A DNA stretch of 64,000 nt, from positions 220,727,741 to 220,791,740 of the forward strand of contig CM041465.1 in the NCBI GenBank assembly GCA_023213395.1, read 5' to 3'. Under the pieces are notes generated by a model. It saw only the letters and a program-made list of their open reading frames with translations. It had not been told where the DNA came from and ran no database searches. Below, one piece after another: positions 46,578 to 60,580 of this stretch. Position numbers and translations under genes: made by a program. Origin of the DNA: Cycas panzhihuaensis. Its lineage: Eukaryota; Plantae; Cycadophyta. How positions within the stretch are numbered: the first letter of the stretch is position 1; each line of letters starts with the position of its first letter.

Positions 46578-49500
46578 ATGTCAACCAACTTCAAGCAAAA
46601 TGTGAACTGTACGCTAAAGGGGAAGGAGAACTGGGATCTATCGTTCACGGGAGTCAAGAATGCAACCAAGTACGAGGGACTCTAGCTGGACCACTTGGAG
46701 TCAACCTCGATAGTACCTACTACCGACACCACACCACAAAGTGGTGGCGCATCTCCAGCTCATAATCCGCAACAACGACAGTGGATCATTGAAGACCAGA
46801 AGATCATAGCATGGATCCTGCTAGTTACAGATTACTCTTTGCACAACTTGATCGACGACACGTAGCACGACACTGCCTTCAAGGTCCTCGAAGTCCTCAA
46901 AAGAAACTTCGGTACTCGATCAGACTTGGAGTTTGTTCATATGGTATTGAACATGAACAAGATGCGAATGCAGAAAGGGCAAGCACATGAAACCATCAAT
47001 GCTCTTCGTCCCATTAAACAAGCCATTGACAGGGATTTTAAGACCCAATGCATAACTTGGGCCTTCCTAATTCAGTCAAGTCTACACGTTTCTGATTATA
47101 AAAACCTGCTAGGAAATCTTCAGTCATCTAGCACACTGAAGACCCTCGACTTCGAAGCGTTAACTAAGAAGTTTATTGAACATGACAAGACCTTCGCTGC
47201 CAGCTTCCCACTTTCAGATTCAACTCCTAATGCAGCATTTGAAGCTGACATGGACGAGGAAGTATACTACACCAAACAGCAAGGTCAATCTTCATGCGAA
47301 GGAAGAAGAGGTCGCGGAAGAGGCAGCAGAAAGCAACAGGGACAACAAACAAGGTCAACAGCAAAACAACAGTCAAAAGACCGCCAATCAGAGACAGTCA
47401 AACAACAATTCTCCCACTTGTCAAAGGTGTAACAGGAAAGGACACCTTGCAAAAGATTGTCACATTGACTACAACATATTGCCTCGTCATCAACAACAGC
47501 AACATCAAGCCCACAATGTTGATGAGAGTCATGATGACTTATTTGCAGGAGCAAATCTCATTGAGGCACGTATTCAACAAAGCAGGGAAGCATCCACTTC
47601 GTCTGTTGCTTCTAGACCTAAGAGGTACATCGAGGCACACTGTGGCACAGCCATTTGTAAGCTTGATTTGCCACTACCTTGACCTCTTGGACACGCAAAT
47701 ACTGCATCAACATCATCATCAGACTGGGTTATGGACACAGGAGCTACCCAGCACATGACTTGTCATCGAGACTTCTTCCAGGATTTTGATTCAAAAGCCA
47801 CTGGAATAGTACACATGGCCAATAAGTCGACACAACCTGTTCAAGGCATGGGCTCCATACGCCTGAAGCTCCCAGGCCTGCCCAATTTTACTTTAAAAGA
47901 TGTCTTGTATATTCCCCATCTCAAACAAAACCTTCTGTCGTTATCCACACTTGTCTCCCATGGATTCAACCTAAGTGTCACAGCTAATGATCAAGTTCTA
48001 AGTGTTATTCACTCGCCTTCATGTTCTGTGGTAATGACTAGGAAACTTGAAGGTAAGCTATTTAGACTGACTGGAACCACATTGTCTTCTTCTGCATACC
48101 AAGTTGCCCCCATCTGTGTCGAAGAAGAACTTGCATATAATGTCACATTGACTCATTCCAAGATGTCCCTAGAAGCTCTCTGGCATGCTCGCATGGGGCA
48201 CGTCAAATTTGATCGACTTAAGGAAATCTCCCATTCCACTCCAGGTCTGCCCAGATTTTCCTCTGAGCCATTCTAATGTGAAGCTTGCATTATTGCCAAA
48301 TCTCACCGACAGCCATTTCCCCAGAGTCAATGGAAAGCCAGTCAACCTCTTGAATTAATACACTCAGACATTTGTGGGCCTATGCCTATCCCTTCTCTCA
48401 CAGGGAAGAGGTACTACATTACATTTATTGATGACTTCACTCGAAAGGTATGGGTGAACTTTCTGAAATCAAAAGATGAAGCATTCACAGAATTCAAGGC
48501 ATTCAAGACTCTCACAGAGAAGGAATCTGGATATCAGCTGAAGTCTCTCAGGACTGACAATGGTGGAGAATACACTTCAAATGAATTTGAAGACTTCTTG
48601 CGTCACCAGGGGATCAAGCATCAAACAACTATTGCAGGTACCCCTCAGTAGAATGGTGTTGCTGAAAGGGCTAATAAAACCATAATGAATATGGCACGAG
48701 CTATGCTCGTCTTCAAGAATGTACCTATATATCTTTGGGCCGAAGCTATTTATACCGCAGTCTACTGCATGAACAACATAAGTCCATCGAAGCTCGGCCC
48801 GTCTCCAAATGAACGATGGACTGGACGGACCCCCACCGTCCATCACTTCAAAATTTTTGGCTCTACCTGTTATCCTCACATTCTTGATGAGCATAGAAAT
48901 AAGTTCCAGCCGCGAGCTTTAAAGGGCATCTTTGTTGGGTACCCCATGAACAAGAAAGGGTACAGGGTCTTCATTCCAACATTAAAGAAGATCATTATCA
49001 CTAGGGATGTGGTGTTTGCGGAGACAGAGGATCAACTACTTCAACTTGATTCTAAAGCACCATCTCATAGATACAACGATGTCCAGGAATATGATGTACA
49101 GATTCCAACATTTGGGGGGGGAGACACTGAAGAAATACTCAAAATTTTGGAATCTGACAATAGAGCCCCGGAGGACACTATCCTTGACTCAGATCCTGTG
49201 CCAATGTGCACCAATCCAACGCCATCTTGGGAGAATAGCCAAGAATCACCACGTCAAGCATCAAAAGAAAAAAGAGTTGCATAAGAACCACCTTCATCAC
49301 CTTCAGTTGCAGGGTCGTCTTCTCCAACAATGTCATCAACCTCCAGACCATACATCTCCCATGATCCTTTTCAGGATCAAAATGAAGACCAGGATGTTGT
49401 GGAAATGAGAATGTCATTCCCAACCAAAAGTTTTCGAGAAGCCTACCAGTTGCACAAAGACTTGAGATCTGATGAGGTAGGCAAAACTGGCACTCGAAGC

Positions 49501-51088
49501 GATGCCTACAGAGCAAGGGAGCAAACATCACTTCCCATAGAACTTGAACCAGCTGAACTGCACCTTGCTTCAAATGACGAGCCTCTATCATACCAAGAAG
49601 CTGTGAAACACACAGTTTGGAGAAATGCCATGAATGAGGAATACCAATCCTTGATCAAGAACGGTACATAGGAGCCCGTTGATCTACCTTTGGGAAGGAA
49701 GGTAGTCAGAAACAAATGGGTGTTCAAAAATAAATACAGATCAGACAGCACCATTGAAAAACATAGGGCGAGGTTGGTCGCAAAAGGATTCACCCAAAGG
49801 GAAGGCATCGACTACACAGAAGTCTTCGCACCAACTACTAAATGGCCCACAATCAGAGCACTTGTAGCCTTGGCTGCTCAACAGGGTTGGAAAATCCACC
49901 AACTCGATGTGAAAACTGCTTTTCTCAATGGAGATTTGGAAGAAGAAAGCTACATGACACAGCCTGAAGGCTTTGAGATAGCAGGACAGGAGCAGAAAGT
50001 GTGTAGACTGAAAAAGTCACTATATGGCCTAAAACAAGCCCCTCGCGCTTGGTTCACCAAGTTGTCCAACAAAATGAGGCAACTTGGATATGAGGTATGT
50101 GACTATCAAGACGTTGATGCAACTTTGTTCATTAAGAGAGAAAAAGGCAAAGACACATATCTCCTATATTTGTGGACGACATGTTGATAACTGGAAACAG
50201 TGAGTAGGATATCAGCAAATTAAAGATGGACTTGTCAAAATCCTTGGAACTATCTGACCTCGAACTAATGAGATATTACTTGGAAATTGAGGTAACCCAA
50301 TGCAATGGAAAAATCTCTCTCCCAAGAAAAAGATATCAATAATCTTCTAATCAAGTTCCGATTAGAAGATGCCAGAACAGTCTATACTCCAATGGAGCCC
50401 AATGTCAAACTTTGATGAAGACACTTGAGAGGCAGATGCAACACTCTATCAGCAACTTGTAAGTAGCCTCATTTATGTTACCAACACAAGGCCAGATATT
50501 GCCCATGTCGTTGGCATTCTTGCCCGTCACATGACAACTCCAAAGCAGAACCATTGACAAGCAGCAATACGAGTGTTGAAGTACCTAAAGACGACCAACA
50601 AACTTGGTTTGTTGTATAAGCACAACAATGATTTCAAACTTATAGCATACACAGACTCGGATTTTGCCGATGACAAAAATACAAGAACATCAACGTCCGG
50701 GTACATCACATTTCTTGGAACAGCTCCAATTTCATGGCAGTCAAGGCGACAGAAAATCACTGCAGATTCCACTGCTAAAGCCGAATATATAGCTGCTTTT
50801 GAGACTAGCAAGGAGGTGATATGGCTTCGCAAATTATTACATACTTTGGATATCACCCAGACAGGTCCAACGAGCTTACATGTGGACAATTAGTCAGCAA
50901 TCCACATGGCTAAGAATCCTATTTTTCATTATCGTACAAAGCACATTAGTACAAAAGTCCACAGGATCTGGGAACTGGTCCATGACGGCACAATACAATT
51001 GGAACACTGCCCCACAGCAGATCAAGTGGCTGATATCTCCACCAAACCACTGCAAAGGGTGAAGTTTGAATAATTTCGACAGCAACTT
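46578..51088 (+). pseudogene. E8 gag-PR-IN-RT-RH polyprotein, degenerate; last codons resume at 61945-61971
   Basis: ATG at 46578; CQRCNRKGHLAKDC; WVMDTGATQHMT; LWHARMGH; FIDDFTR...LRTDNGGEY; [32 protein letters not shown]; YTDSDFA, ADISTKPL. FRQQL|NLRASISN* spans the E9 insertion. Confidence 0.95.
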
Positions 51089-53494
51089 TGTGAAAAGAGA
51101 CTAGATGGCCTCAACAGTCCCAAGATCTAGAAACTAGGATCACTCTAGTTCTAGTTGCAGAAATACAAACAAGTATAATAATCTCAAGGAAAATAGAGAG
51201 CAAAGAGACAAAGCACAAATGAAGGAGCAGGAGAAAATGATACCCAATATGTGGAGTTGGAATTGGTCCAACCTTCAAAGAATGAACAGTTTGATTAGCA
51301 AACTGACAACATAACAATACAACTCCAACTCTCTTATGAGACAATGAGGAGAGGTCTCATTATATAGAGTGAAATGAGAGACCTAAGGCCTTGGATGTTT
51401 GACAAGTGTCAAACATCCAAGATACATGCCTTGCATGTAGGACATGTGTCCTTTTGGGCTCTCATGTGAGCAAAAATGCATGAGGGTCCATTTGACCCTT
51501 TAATGACAACGTTGTGTTACTAGAAAGAATGTGGGTGCGCACTTTATCACTTAAGTGATAAGTCACCCCTAAAGTAAAAAGTACACATATTACATGAAAA
51601 TAAAAGTACATTATCTTAACATGTAAACATAAGGTTTAACACCCCCCTTCATCGTTTACAATGTTAAGTCGGACACCAAGACCATCTCTGAATTTTACAA
51701 ACTTTTCTCTACCAAGAGGCTTGGTAAAAATGTCTGCTGCCGCTCCTCAGAGGTGCATCTTGGAGGTTAATCTCACCATTCTGAACATGTTCTCTGATGA
51801 AGTGATGGTGAACCTCGATGTGTTTTGTCCGCGCATGAAAAACTAGATTCTTAGCTAACTTGAGCACGCTTTGATTGTCGCAATGTATCCTGGTGGAGTG
51901 ACCCTGCTCAAGTCCAAGTTCCCCAAGAATCCGTCGTACCCAGATAGCCTCACAAGTCAGGCCGACTGCGACTTTGTACTGCCTGTGGAGGACAAGGTAA
52001 CATTGGGTTGCTTCTTGCAACTCCACGAAACAACTGCTGAACCAAGGGAAAAACAGTATCCCGAGGTTGATCTTCTGCTATCTTGGCAACCTGCCCAATC
52101 AGAATCTCAGAACCCTTCCAGAGTGAAGTTTTCATTATGTGCATACTCAAGGCCATGCTGCAATGTGCCTTTGATGTACTTAAGTATGTGTTTGGTTGCA
52201 TTCTAGTGTATCTGATTCGGTTGAGACATGTAACGTGAACAAATCCCAACAGCAAATGAAATATCCGGTCGAGTGTTGGTGAGATAAATGAGACTCCCAA
52301 TCAACTACCGGTAAAGTGTGGGATCTACTGGTGCTACTTCCTCATTGAGAGTAAACTTAGATCCATTCTCCATAGGTGTAGGCGTTGTTTTGCAGTCGTG
52401 CATCCTGAACCGCTGCAAAATGTCCCAAGAATATTTCGCTTGAGAGATGAAGATATAGCCTGACTGTTGCCATATCTCAAAGCCTAATAAATAATGGAGA
52501 AGTCCAAGATCTGTCATCTCGAAACTTCTCTTCAAATCATCTTGGAGAATGTGAATCATGTTAGTGTCACTACCAGTGATCACTAAGTCATCTACATACA
52601 AGACAACAAAAATTACATGGTTCGTTTCATTTTTTATATACAGATTAAGATCTGAAGTAGATCGATGAAACCCATGTCTCAAGAAGCAGTCATCGATCTT
52701 CGAGTACCATGCCCTTGGAGCTTGCTTCAAACCATATAACGCCTTTTTTAGGTGATATACAAAATGCTCCTTGCCTTGTACTTTGCATCCGGGAGGTTCC
52801 TCCAAATACACCTCCTCCTGAAGATCGCCATTAAGAAAGGCACTCTTCACGTCCATCTAATAAACAGGCCATTTGCATTGAGCAGCTAAGGCCAAAATGA
52901 GTCTGATAGTGTTCATATTCGCCACTGGTGCAAAAGTTTCTTCATAGTCTATGCCTTCTTTTTGTTTAAATCCTTTTGCTACAAGGCGAGCCTTCTGCCT
53001 TTTAAGTGAACCATCAGAATTGAATTTGGTCTTTTGTAGACTCATTTGCAACTGATTGCCTGTTTGTGTTTAGGCAATTCAACCAAATTCCAAGTTCCAT
53101 TCTTTTCAATAGAATGGATTTCTTCATCCATGGCAGCCTTTCAATTTTCATTTTTAGAAGCCTCCTCAAAAGTGGAAGGCTCATCAACACAAAACACTTC
53201 AGCCATAAGTGCATAATTAGTTTGCTGTCGATATTTAGATGGACGTTTTCCTTTTATGATGTGACCGTCCTGAACTGTTTGTGTGTACCATTTAGGTAAC
53301 TTTTAAATTGAAGTTACCTGAACCTCAAGATCTTCTGGTGTAAGTGGTTGGTCAACAGAAGATGTGCTTGGAACAAGTAGAGCAAATTCAGTTGAAGTAG
53401 ACAGTCCAGCTAGTGCAGATGATGAACACGGTGTAAAGGATTGAGAGGGAAGGAAGGCCTCAACAATCTTCTTGCCTTTGTCAATGGGAGGTTG

Positions 53495-56400
53495 CATGGA
53501 TGTTGTTTGCACCTCCTTGTGATCTTCTTCAGCAAAGATGACATCTCTTGAGAGATGCATTTTCTTCCCTATTGGATCATACAACTTGTAGGCTTTGTTG
53601 TGAATGGCATACCCTACAAAGATGCATTTTAGACTATGTTTGTCTAATTTCTTCCTTTGCTGATCGGAAATGTGCATATAAGCAGTGAACCCAACAGTCC
53701 TCAAATGGCTGATAGTAGGCTTTTTGCCAGACCATGCCTCCGCGGGTGTCATGTTGGTGACTGTTGTAGTAGGACTGCGATTGGCCACATAGGCATTGTG
53801 TGAAATGCTTACCAAGAAGCTCGAGTGAGTCCTTGTGCATGCATCATAGCTTTGGCTTTATTGGCCAAAGTTCTGTTCATTCGTTCGGAGACTCCGTTTT
53901 ATTGAGGAGTGTGAGGTATAGTTAGTTGTCTCCAAATGCCGTTATCCTTGCAGTATTGTGTGAATTCATTTGATGTAAATTCACCTCCATTGTCTGTCCT
54001 GAATGTTTTGATTGAGTAGCCAGACTCATTTTCCACTTCAAGTTTGAATTCTTTGAACTTGGAAAATGCTTCAGATTTGTGTTTGATGAAATAGACCCAG
54101 ACTTTGTGAGAAAAGTCATCAATGAAGGAGATGTAATACAAAGCTCCTCCAAAAGATGTTGTGGTCATAGGTCCGCATAAATCTAAATGTACCAACTGCA
54201 GAGGATGTGATGCACGCCACGCTTTGCCTTTAGGGAAAGGCAAGCGATGCTGAGTTCCCATAATGCACGCTTCACAAAGACATTTTGTTTCATAAATCTT
54301 TGGAAGCCCATGTACCATGTTCTTGTTGATCATCTGCCTCAAATTGTCTAAGCTCAAATGGCCTAGACGTTGATGCCAAAGTTGCATCTTGGACACGTAA
54401 GGAGTGACAATGGAACCGTAAAGCAGAATCAAGTGTTATATTATTTGCATCCAACTTGTAGCGGCCTTGATCCTCATAGCCAACAACTACTACTTGGTCT
54501 TGTTTGTCACTGATTATACATTTCGCGTTTTGGAACAATACACTCATCTGTTGCTTGTCCAACTTGCTAACAGATAGTAAATTTTTGTCCATTGAAGGTA
54601 TTAAATAGGCATTGCCATTGGGAAATGAGGAGGAAGGATTTGATGAAGAAGAAAATGTAGTTATTGTGCCCACTCCTGAGATTTTGACAGATTGATTATT
54701 TCCAAAGGTCATCAATTGACCTTTGCCTTCCTTGATGTTGATGAGGAGCTCTTCACTTCCAGTCATGTGTTGTGAAGCTCCAGAATCAATAATCCAAGTT
54801 TCATCAACCTTGGATGTCTGATATGCACAAAACAGTTTGTCTTCATCTGCAAACTGATTAAAGTGGAGTTGATTGCCACCTCTAAAACCCCACCTTCCTC
54901 TTTGACCTCCTCGATAGGCACCTCGATTTGGTCGAGGGGGTTGCTGCTACTGAAACCGCTGCTGGTACTGCTGACGTGGCTGCTGCTGTCGCTGATTCGA
55001 ATGACGTGGCTGCTGCTGCTGACGTAGATCTGCTTGTTTTTTCCGACAATCAGGTGCTATGTGGCCAGGTTTCTACAACATTGGTCCTTGAAGACCCAAT
55101 GTTCATGTTCCCAAACTGCTTTAAAAGTGCAGGTTTGGGTTGCTGTTTGGCCTTTGAATTAACTGTGAATGCACCTGATGTAGATGGTTCCTCCTCATTA
55201 TCCTTAGTGTAGATTTGTTCTTCTTGAAGTAGCAGACTTTCAAATTCGTTGAATGTCATAGTTTTGAGAGAACCATCTCTTGTAGTAGACGAAATGAAGC
55301 CATTGTAGTCCTTGGGTAAGGCTTTGGTGATGGAAGTGATCAATTCATCCCTTGTAGCTGGACTACCAAGTGTATTCAGTTCATTACATACCTCCTTGAT
55401 GGAGGAAAGGAAAGCCGACATGGACTTGACAAACTTAACAGAATACAATTTTGCCTTAACCATTAAAATGCGAGCTTGATCTCGCCTTTCATACAATGAG
55501 GACAAAGTGTCCCAAGCTTCCTTAGAAGTTTTAGCACAAGCAATATCTGATCTACATGCACATCAACAATCATGTGAAGGAATGCCAAAGCGATTTCATC
55601 TTTGGCTTCCCAAGCAGCAAATAAAGCATCATCAGGTTCCACAGTAACATCGCCATTGCTAGCAAGTGTTGGTCGAGGTAATCTCCCAGAAACATAACTC
55701 CAAAATTCGTTCATGATTAGCAAGTTCTGAGTGAGTCTCTTCCATTCTTGATAATTATCTTATCCTGTTAACCGAATGGTGCATGCATTTAGCATGTTTA
55801 TGGCAGCCATGTTTCAGTTTATAAAATCTTGAAGCTAGCAGATAACTTGGAAACTCAAAGCTTTCGTCGCTTAAGTTCCACCTTCTAACGAAACCAACAG
55901 TCATGATCTTACTAGAAGATCCAACAACTGAATGGAATGATGAGGGGTGGAAGACTAGGCTATGGAGTTGGTCCAACTCTGATCTATAGAAGAGATCCAA
56001 TAGTTGGCCAAGTTAAATCTAGGACAAGGCAGGTAGGGTTGATCTGCATGGACGTACCATGCTTTCCCTGGGATTCACAGCCCCAATAACACCCTTTTCG
56101 AACCTCCTTTCCCTCAAGCAACCTTAATTGTCGTGGCCAAATGCGGTCGGTTGGTCCCCTAGGGAATGCACCAAGCTTAAGGTTAATTTAGAGGCAAGGT
56201 TTAAACCTTTTTCGGGCCTCTCCAACAGATTTTAAGTCACTTTTTAGCAAATTTTAAGTGAACTTAGATTTCTTTTTGCTTGGAAAATGTACTTATGAAA
56301 ATGCTTTGATTAGCTTTACAATGAAATATGGCTTCAAGAGGAAACAATGTAAGTACATCAATATGAACACTAGTAGTGTTTTTACAATGAGCACTTTAAT

Positions 56401-59400
56401 GAAAAATGTAGTGCTTTGTTGATCCAAGTAAGAAACCAAATGCTTGATTACAATAAGTTTTGCAAAGTACTTTTTGAAAAAAAAGGCTTAAGTACTGAAA
56501 AGAAGTAATGCAAAACTTGTGATGAAGATACAAGTGGGTTCCTTTTAATCTTTGAAAAAGTGAAGGTAAGAGAACCACTTGCATGAAAATGGACATCAAG
56601 CACCAAGTGTTGGGACTTTAAATTAGTCCCAACGATCAAAAAAAGAAGTGACTTTTATTAAGTACAAAGTGTTTTGAACCCTCTTTGAGACTAAGGGTTA
56701 TTAGGTCACCATGCAAGGTGCCTTAAAAGTGTTTAAAAATTAGTGATAAATATCACTTTTTTGATATGAAAAACACTTGAAATCACTTCTCTTAAAGTCA
56801 ATTAACACTTGTTCGAAAACCTTGAAAATGTCGTAGAAGAGCTCTGTATTCAACTGCTGTATACTTGCTTTATCTTATTCAGCAAGCGTTTACACATGGA
56901 TGCTGTTTGCACCTCCTTGTGATCTTCTTCAACAAAGATGACATCTCTTGAGAGATGCATTTTCTTCCCTATTGGATCATACAACTTGTAGGCTTTGTTG
57001 TGAATGGCATACCCTACAAAGATGCATTTTAGACTATGTTTGTCTAATTTCTTCCTTTGCTGATCGGGAATGTGCATATAAACAGTGCACCCAAGAGTCC
57101 TCAAATGGCTGACAGTAGGCCTTTTGCCAGACCATGCCTCCGCGGGTGTCATGTTGGTGACTGTTGTAGTAGGACTGCGATTGGCCACATAGGCAGCTGT
57201 GTGAAATGCTTCTGCCCAGTAAGCTCGAGTGAGTCCTTGTGCATGCATCATAGCTTTGGCTTTATTGGCCAAAGTTCTGTTCATTCGTTCGGAGACTCCG
57301 TTTTATTGAGGAGTGTGAGGTATAGTTAGTTGTCTCCAAATGCCGTTATCCTTGCAGTATTGTGTGAATTCATTTGATGTAAATTCACCTCCATTGTCTG
57401 TCCTGAATGTTTTGATTGAGTAGCCAGACTCATTTTCCACTTCAAGCTTGAATTCTTTGAACTTGGAAAATGCTTCAGATTTGTGTTTGATGAAATAGAC
57501 CCAGACTTTGTGAGAAAAGTCATCAATGAAGGAGATGTAATACAAAGCTCCTCCAAAAGATGTTGTGGTCATAGATCCGCATAAATCCGAATGTACCAAC
57601 TGCAGAGGATGTGATGCACGCCACGCTTTGCCTTTAGGGAAAGGCAAGCGATGCTGAGTTCCCATAATGCACGCTTCACAAAGATATTTTGTTTCATAGA
57701 TCTTTGGAAGCCCATGTACCATGTTCTTGTTGATCATCTGCCTCAAATTGTCTAAGCTCAAATGGCCTAGACGTTGATGCCAAAGTTGCATCTTGGACAA
57801 GTAAGGAGTGACTATGGAACCAGAGTAAGCAGAATCAAGTGTTATATTATTTGCATCCAACTTGTAGAGGCCTTGATCCTCATAGCCAACAACTACTACT
57901 TGGTCTTGTTTGTCACTGATTATACATTTCGCGTTTTGGAACAATACACTCATCTGTTGCTTGTCCAACTTGCTAACAGATAGTAAATTTTTGTCCATTG
58001 AAGGTATTAGATAGGCATTGCCATCGGGAAATGAGGAGGAAGGATTTGATGAAGAAGAAAATGGAGTTATTGTGCCTACTCCTGAGATTTTGACAGATTG
58101 ATTATTTCCAAAGGTCATCATTAACCTTTGCCTTCCTTGATGTTGATGAGGAGCTCTTCACTTCCAGTCATGTGTTGTGAAACTCCAGAATCAATAATCC
58201 AAGTTTCATCAACCTTGGATGTCTGATATGCACAAAACAATTTGTCTTCATCAGCGAACTGATTAAAGTGGAGTTGATTGCCACCTCTAAAACCCCCCCT
58301 TCCTCTTTAACCTCCTCGATAGGCACCTCGATTTGGTCGAAGGGGTTCTTTCTTTGCTAAAACCGATTCTTTGATGCTTCGGCGTGGCTCTTCATTCTTG
58401 ATTCAAATGACGTGGCTGCTGCTGCTGACGTAGATCTGCTTGTTTTTTCCAACAATCAGGTGCTATGTCGCTAGGTTTCTACAACATTGGTCCTTGAAGA
58501 CCCAATGTTCATGTTCCCAAACTACTTTAAAAGTGCACGTTTGGGTTGCTGTTTGGCCTTTGAATTAGCTATGAATGCACCTGATGTAGATGGTTCCTCC
58601 TCATTATCCTTAGTGTAGATTTGTTCTTCTTGAAGTAGCAGACTTTCAAATTCGTTGAATGTCATAGTTTTGAGAGAACCATCTCTTGTAGTAGACGAAA
58701 TGAAGCCATTGTAGTCCTTGGGTAAGGCTTTGGTGATGGAAGTGATCAATTCATCCCTTGTAGCTGGACTACCAAGTGTATTCAATTCATTACATACCTC
58801 CTTGATGGAGGAAAGGAAAGCCGACATGGACTTGACAAACTTAACAGAATACAATTTTGCCTTAACCATTAAAATGCGAGCTTGATCTCGCCTTTCATAC
58901 AATGAGGACAAAGTGTCCCAAGCTTCCTTAGAAGTTTTAGCACAAGCAATATTCTGATCTACATGCACATCAACAATCATGTGAAGGAATGCCAAAACGA
59001 TTTCATCTTTGGCTTTCCAAGCAGCAAATAAAGCATCATCAGGTTCCACAGTAACATCGCCATTGATAACATGTGTTGGTCGAGGTAATCTCCCAGAAAC
59101 AGAACTCCAAAATTCGTTCATGATTAGCAAGTTCTGAGTGAGTCTCTTCCATTCTTGATAATTATCTTATCCTGTTAACCGAATGGTGCATGCATTTAGC
59201 ATGTTTATGGCAGCCATGTTTCAGTTTATAAAAGCTTGAAGCTAGCAGATAACTTGAAAACTCAAAGCTTTTGTCGCTTAAGTTCCACCTTCTAACGAAA
59301 CCAACAGTCATGATCTTACTAGAAGATCCAACAACTGAATGGAATGATGAGGGGTGGAAGACTAGGCTATGGAGTTGGTCCAACTCTGATCTATAGAAGA

Positions 59401-60309
59401 GATCCAATAGTTGGCCAAGTTAAATCTAGGACAAGGTAGGTAGGGTTGATCTGCATGGACGTACCATGCTTTCCCTGGGATTCATAGTCCCAATAACACC
59501 CTTTTCGAACCTCCTTTCCCTCAAGCAACCTTAATTGTCGTTACCTTGGCCAAATGCAGTCGGTTGGTCTCCTAAGGAATGCACCAAGCTTAAGGTTAAT
59601 TTAGAGGCAAGGTTTGAACCTTTTTCGAGCCTCTCCAACAGATTTTAAGTCACTTTTTAGCAAATTTTAAGTGAACTTAGATTTCTTTTTTCTTGGAAAA
59701 TGTATTTATGAAAATGCTTTGATTAGCTTTACAATGAAATGTGACTTCAAGAGGAAGCAATGTAAGTGCATCAATATGAACACTAGTAGTGTTTTTACAA
59801 TGAGCACTTTAATGAAAAATGTAGTGCTTTGTTGATCCAAGTAAGAAACCAAATGCTTGATTACAATAAGTTTTGCAAAGTACTTTTTGAAAAAAAAGGC
59901 TTAAATACTGAAAAGAAGTAATGCAAAACTTGTGATGAAGATACAAGTGGGTTCCTTTTAATGCTGAAAAAGTGAAAGTCAGAGAACCACTTGCATGAAA
60001 ATGGACATCAAGCACAAGTGTTGGGACTTTAAATTAGTCCCAACGATCAAAAGAAGATGTGATTTTTATTAAGTACAAAGTGTTTTGAACCCTCTTTGAG
60101 ACTAAGGGTTATTAGGTCACCATGCAAGGTGCCTTAAAAGTGTTTAAAAAATTAGTGATAAATATCACTTTTTTGATATGAAAAACACTTGAAATCACTT
60201 CTCTTAAAGTCAATTAACACTTGTTTGAAAACCTTGAAAATGTCGTAGAAGAGCTCTGTATTCAACTGCTGTATACTTACTTTATCTTATTCAGCAAGCG
60301 TTTACCATG
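53495..60309 (-). repeat. 3.4-kb internal tandem duplication in E9 (leader-gag-PR-IN): copy A 53495-56894, copy B 56895-~60309
   Basis: Paired ORFs 53899/57303, 55050/58522, 55755/59162, 56396/59809; junction agcaagcgtttac-a-catggatg with CATG microhomology. Confidence 0.95.
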
Positions 60310-60325
60310 TAGCATGTAGCTTCAA

Positions 60326-60580
60326 AAAACAACACTTTAAGTATGAAAACAGCTCTTTAAATATGAAAACAGCTCTTTAAGTATGAAAAACAGCTCTTAT
60401 AAATCATGGAAAACAACTCTTTAAGTATGAAAACACAGCTCTTTAAGTATAAAAACAGCTCTTTAAGTATGAAAACAGCTCTTTAAGTATGAAAACAACA
60501 CTTTAAGTATGAAAAAAGACTTTCGGAAAGTATGAAAAAGCACTCGAAAGTATGAAAAACAGACTCGGAAAGTATGAAAA
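60326..60580. repeat. ~20-bp minisatellite (aaaacagctctttaagtatg), about 12 copies, in the E9 leader
   Basis: Head-to-tail units degenerating toward the right. Confidence 0.92.

Noticed and set aside
60326-60580. Regular short repeats resembling a CRISPR array
   Set aside because: Head-to-tail units with no unique spacers, inside a eukaryotic retrotransposon leader.
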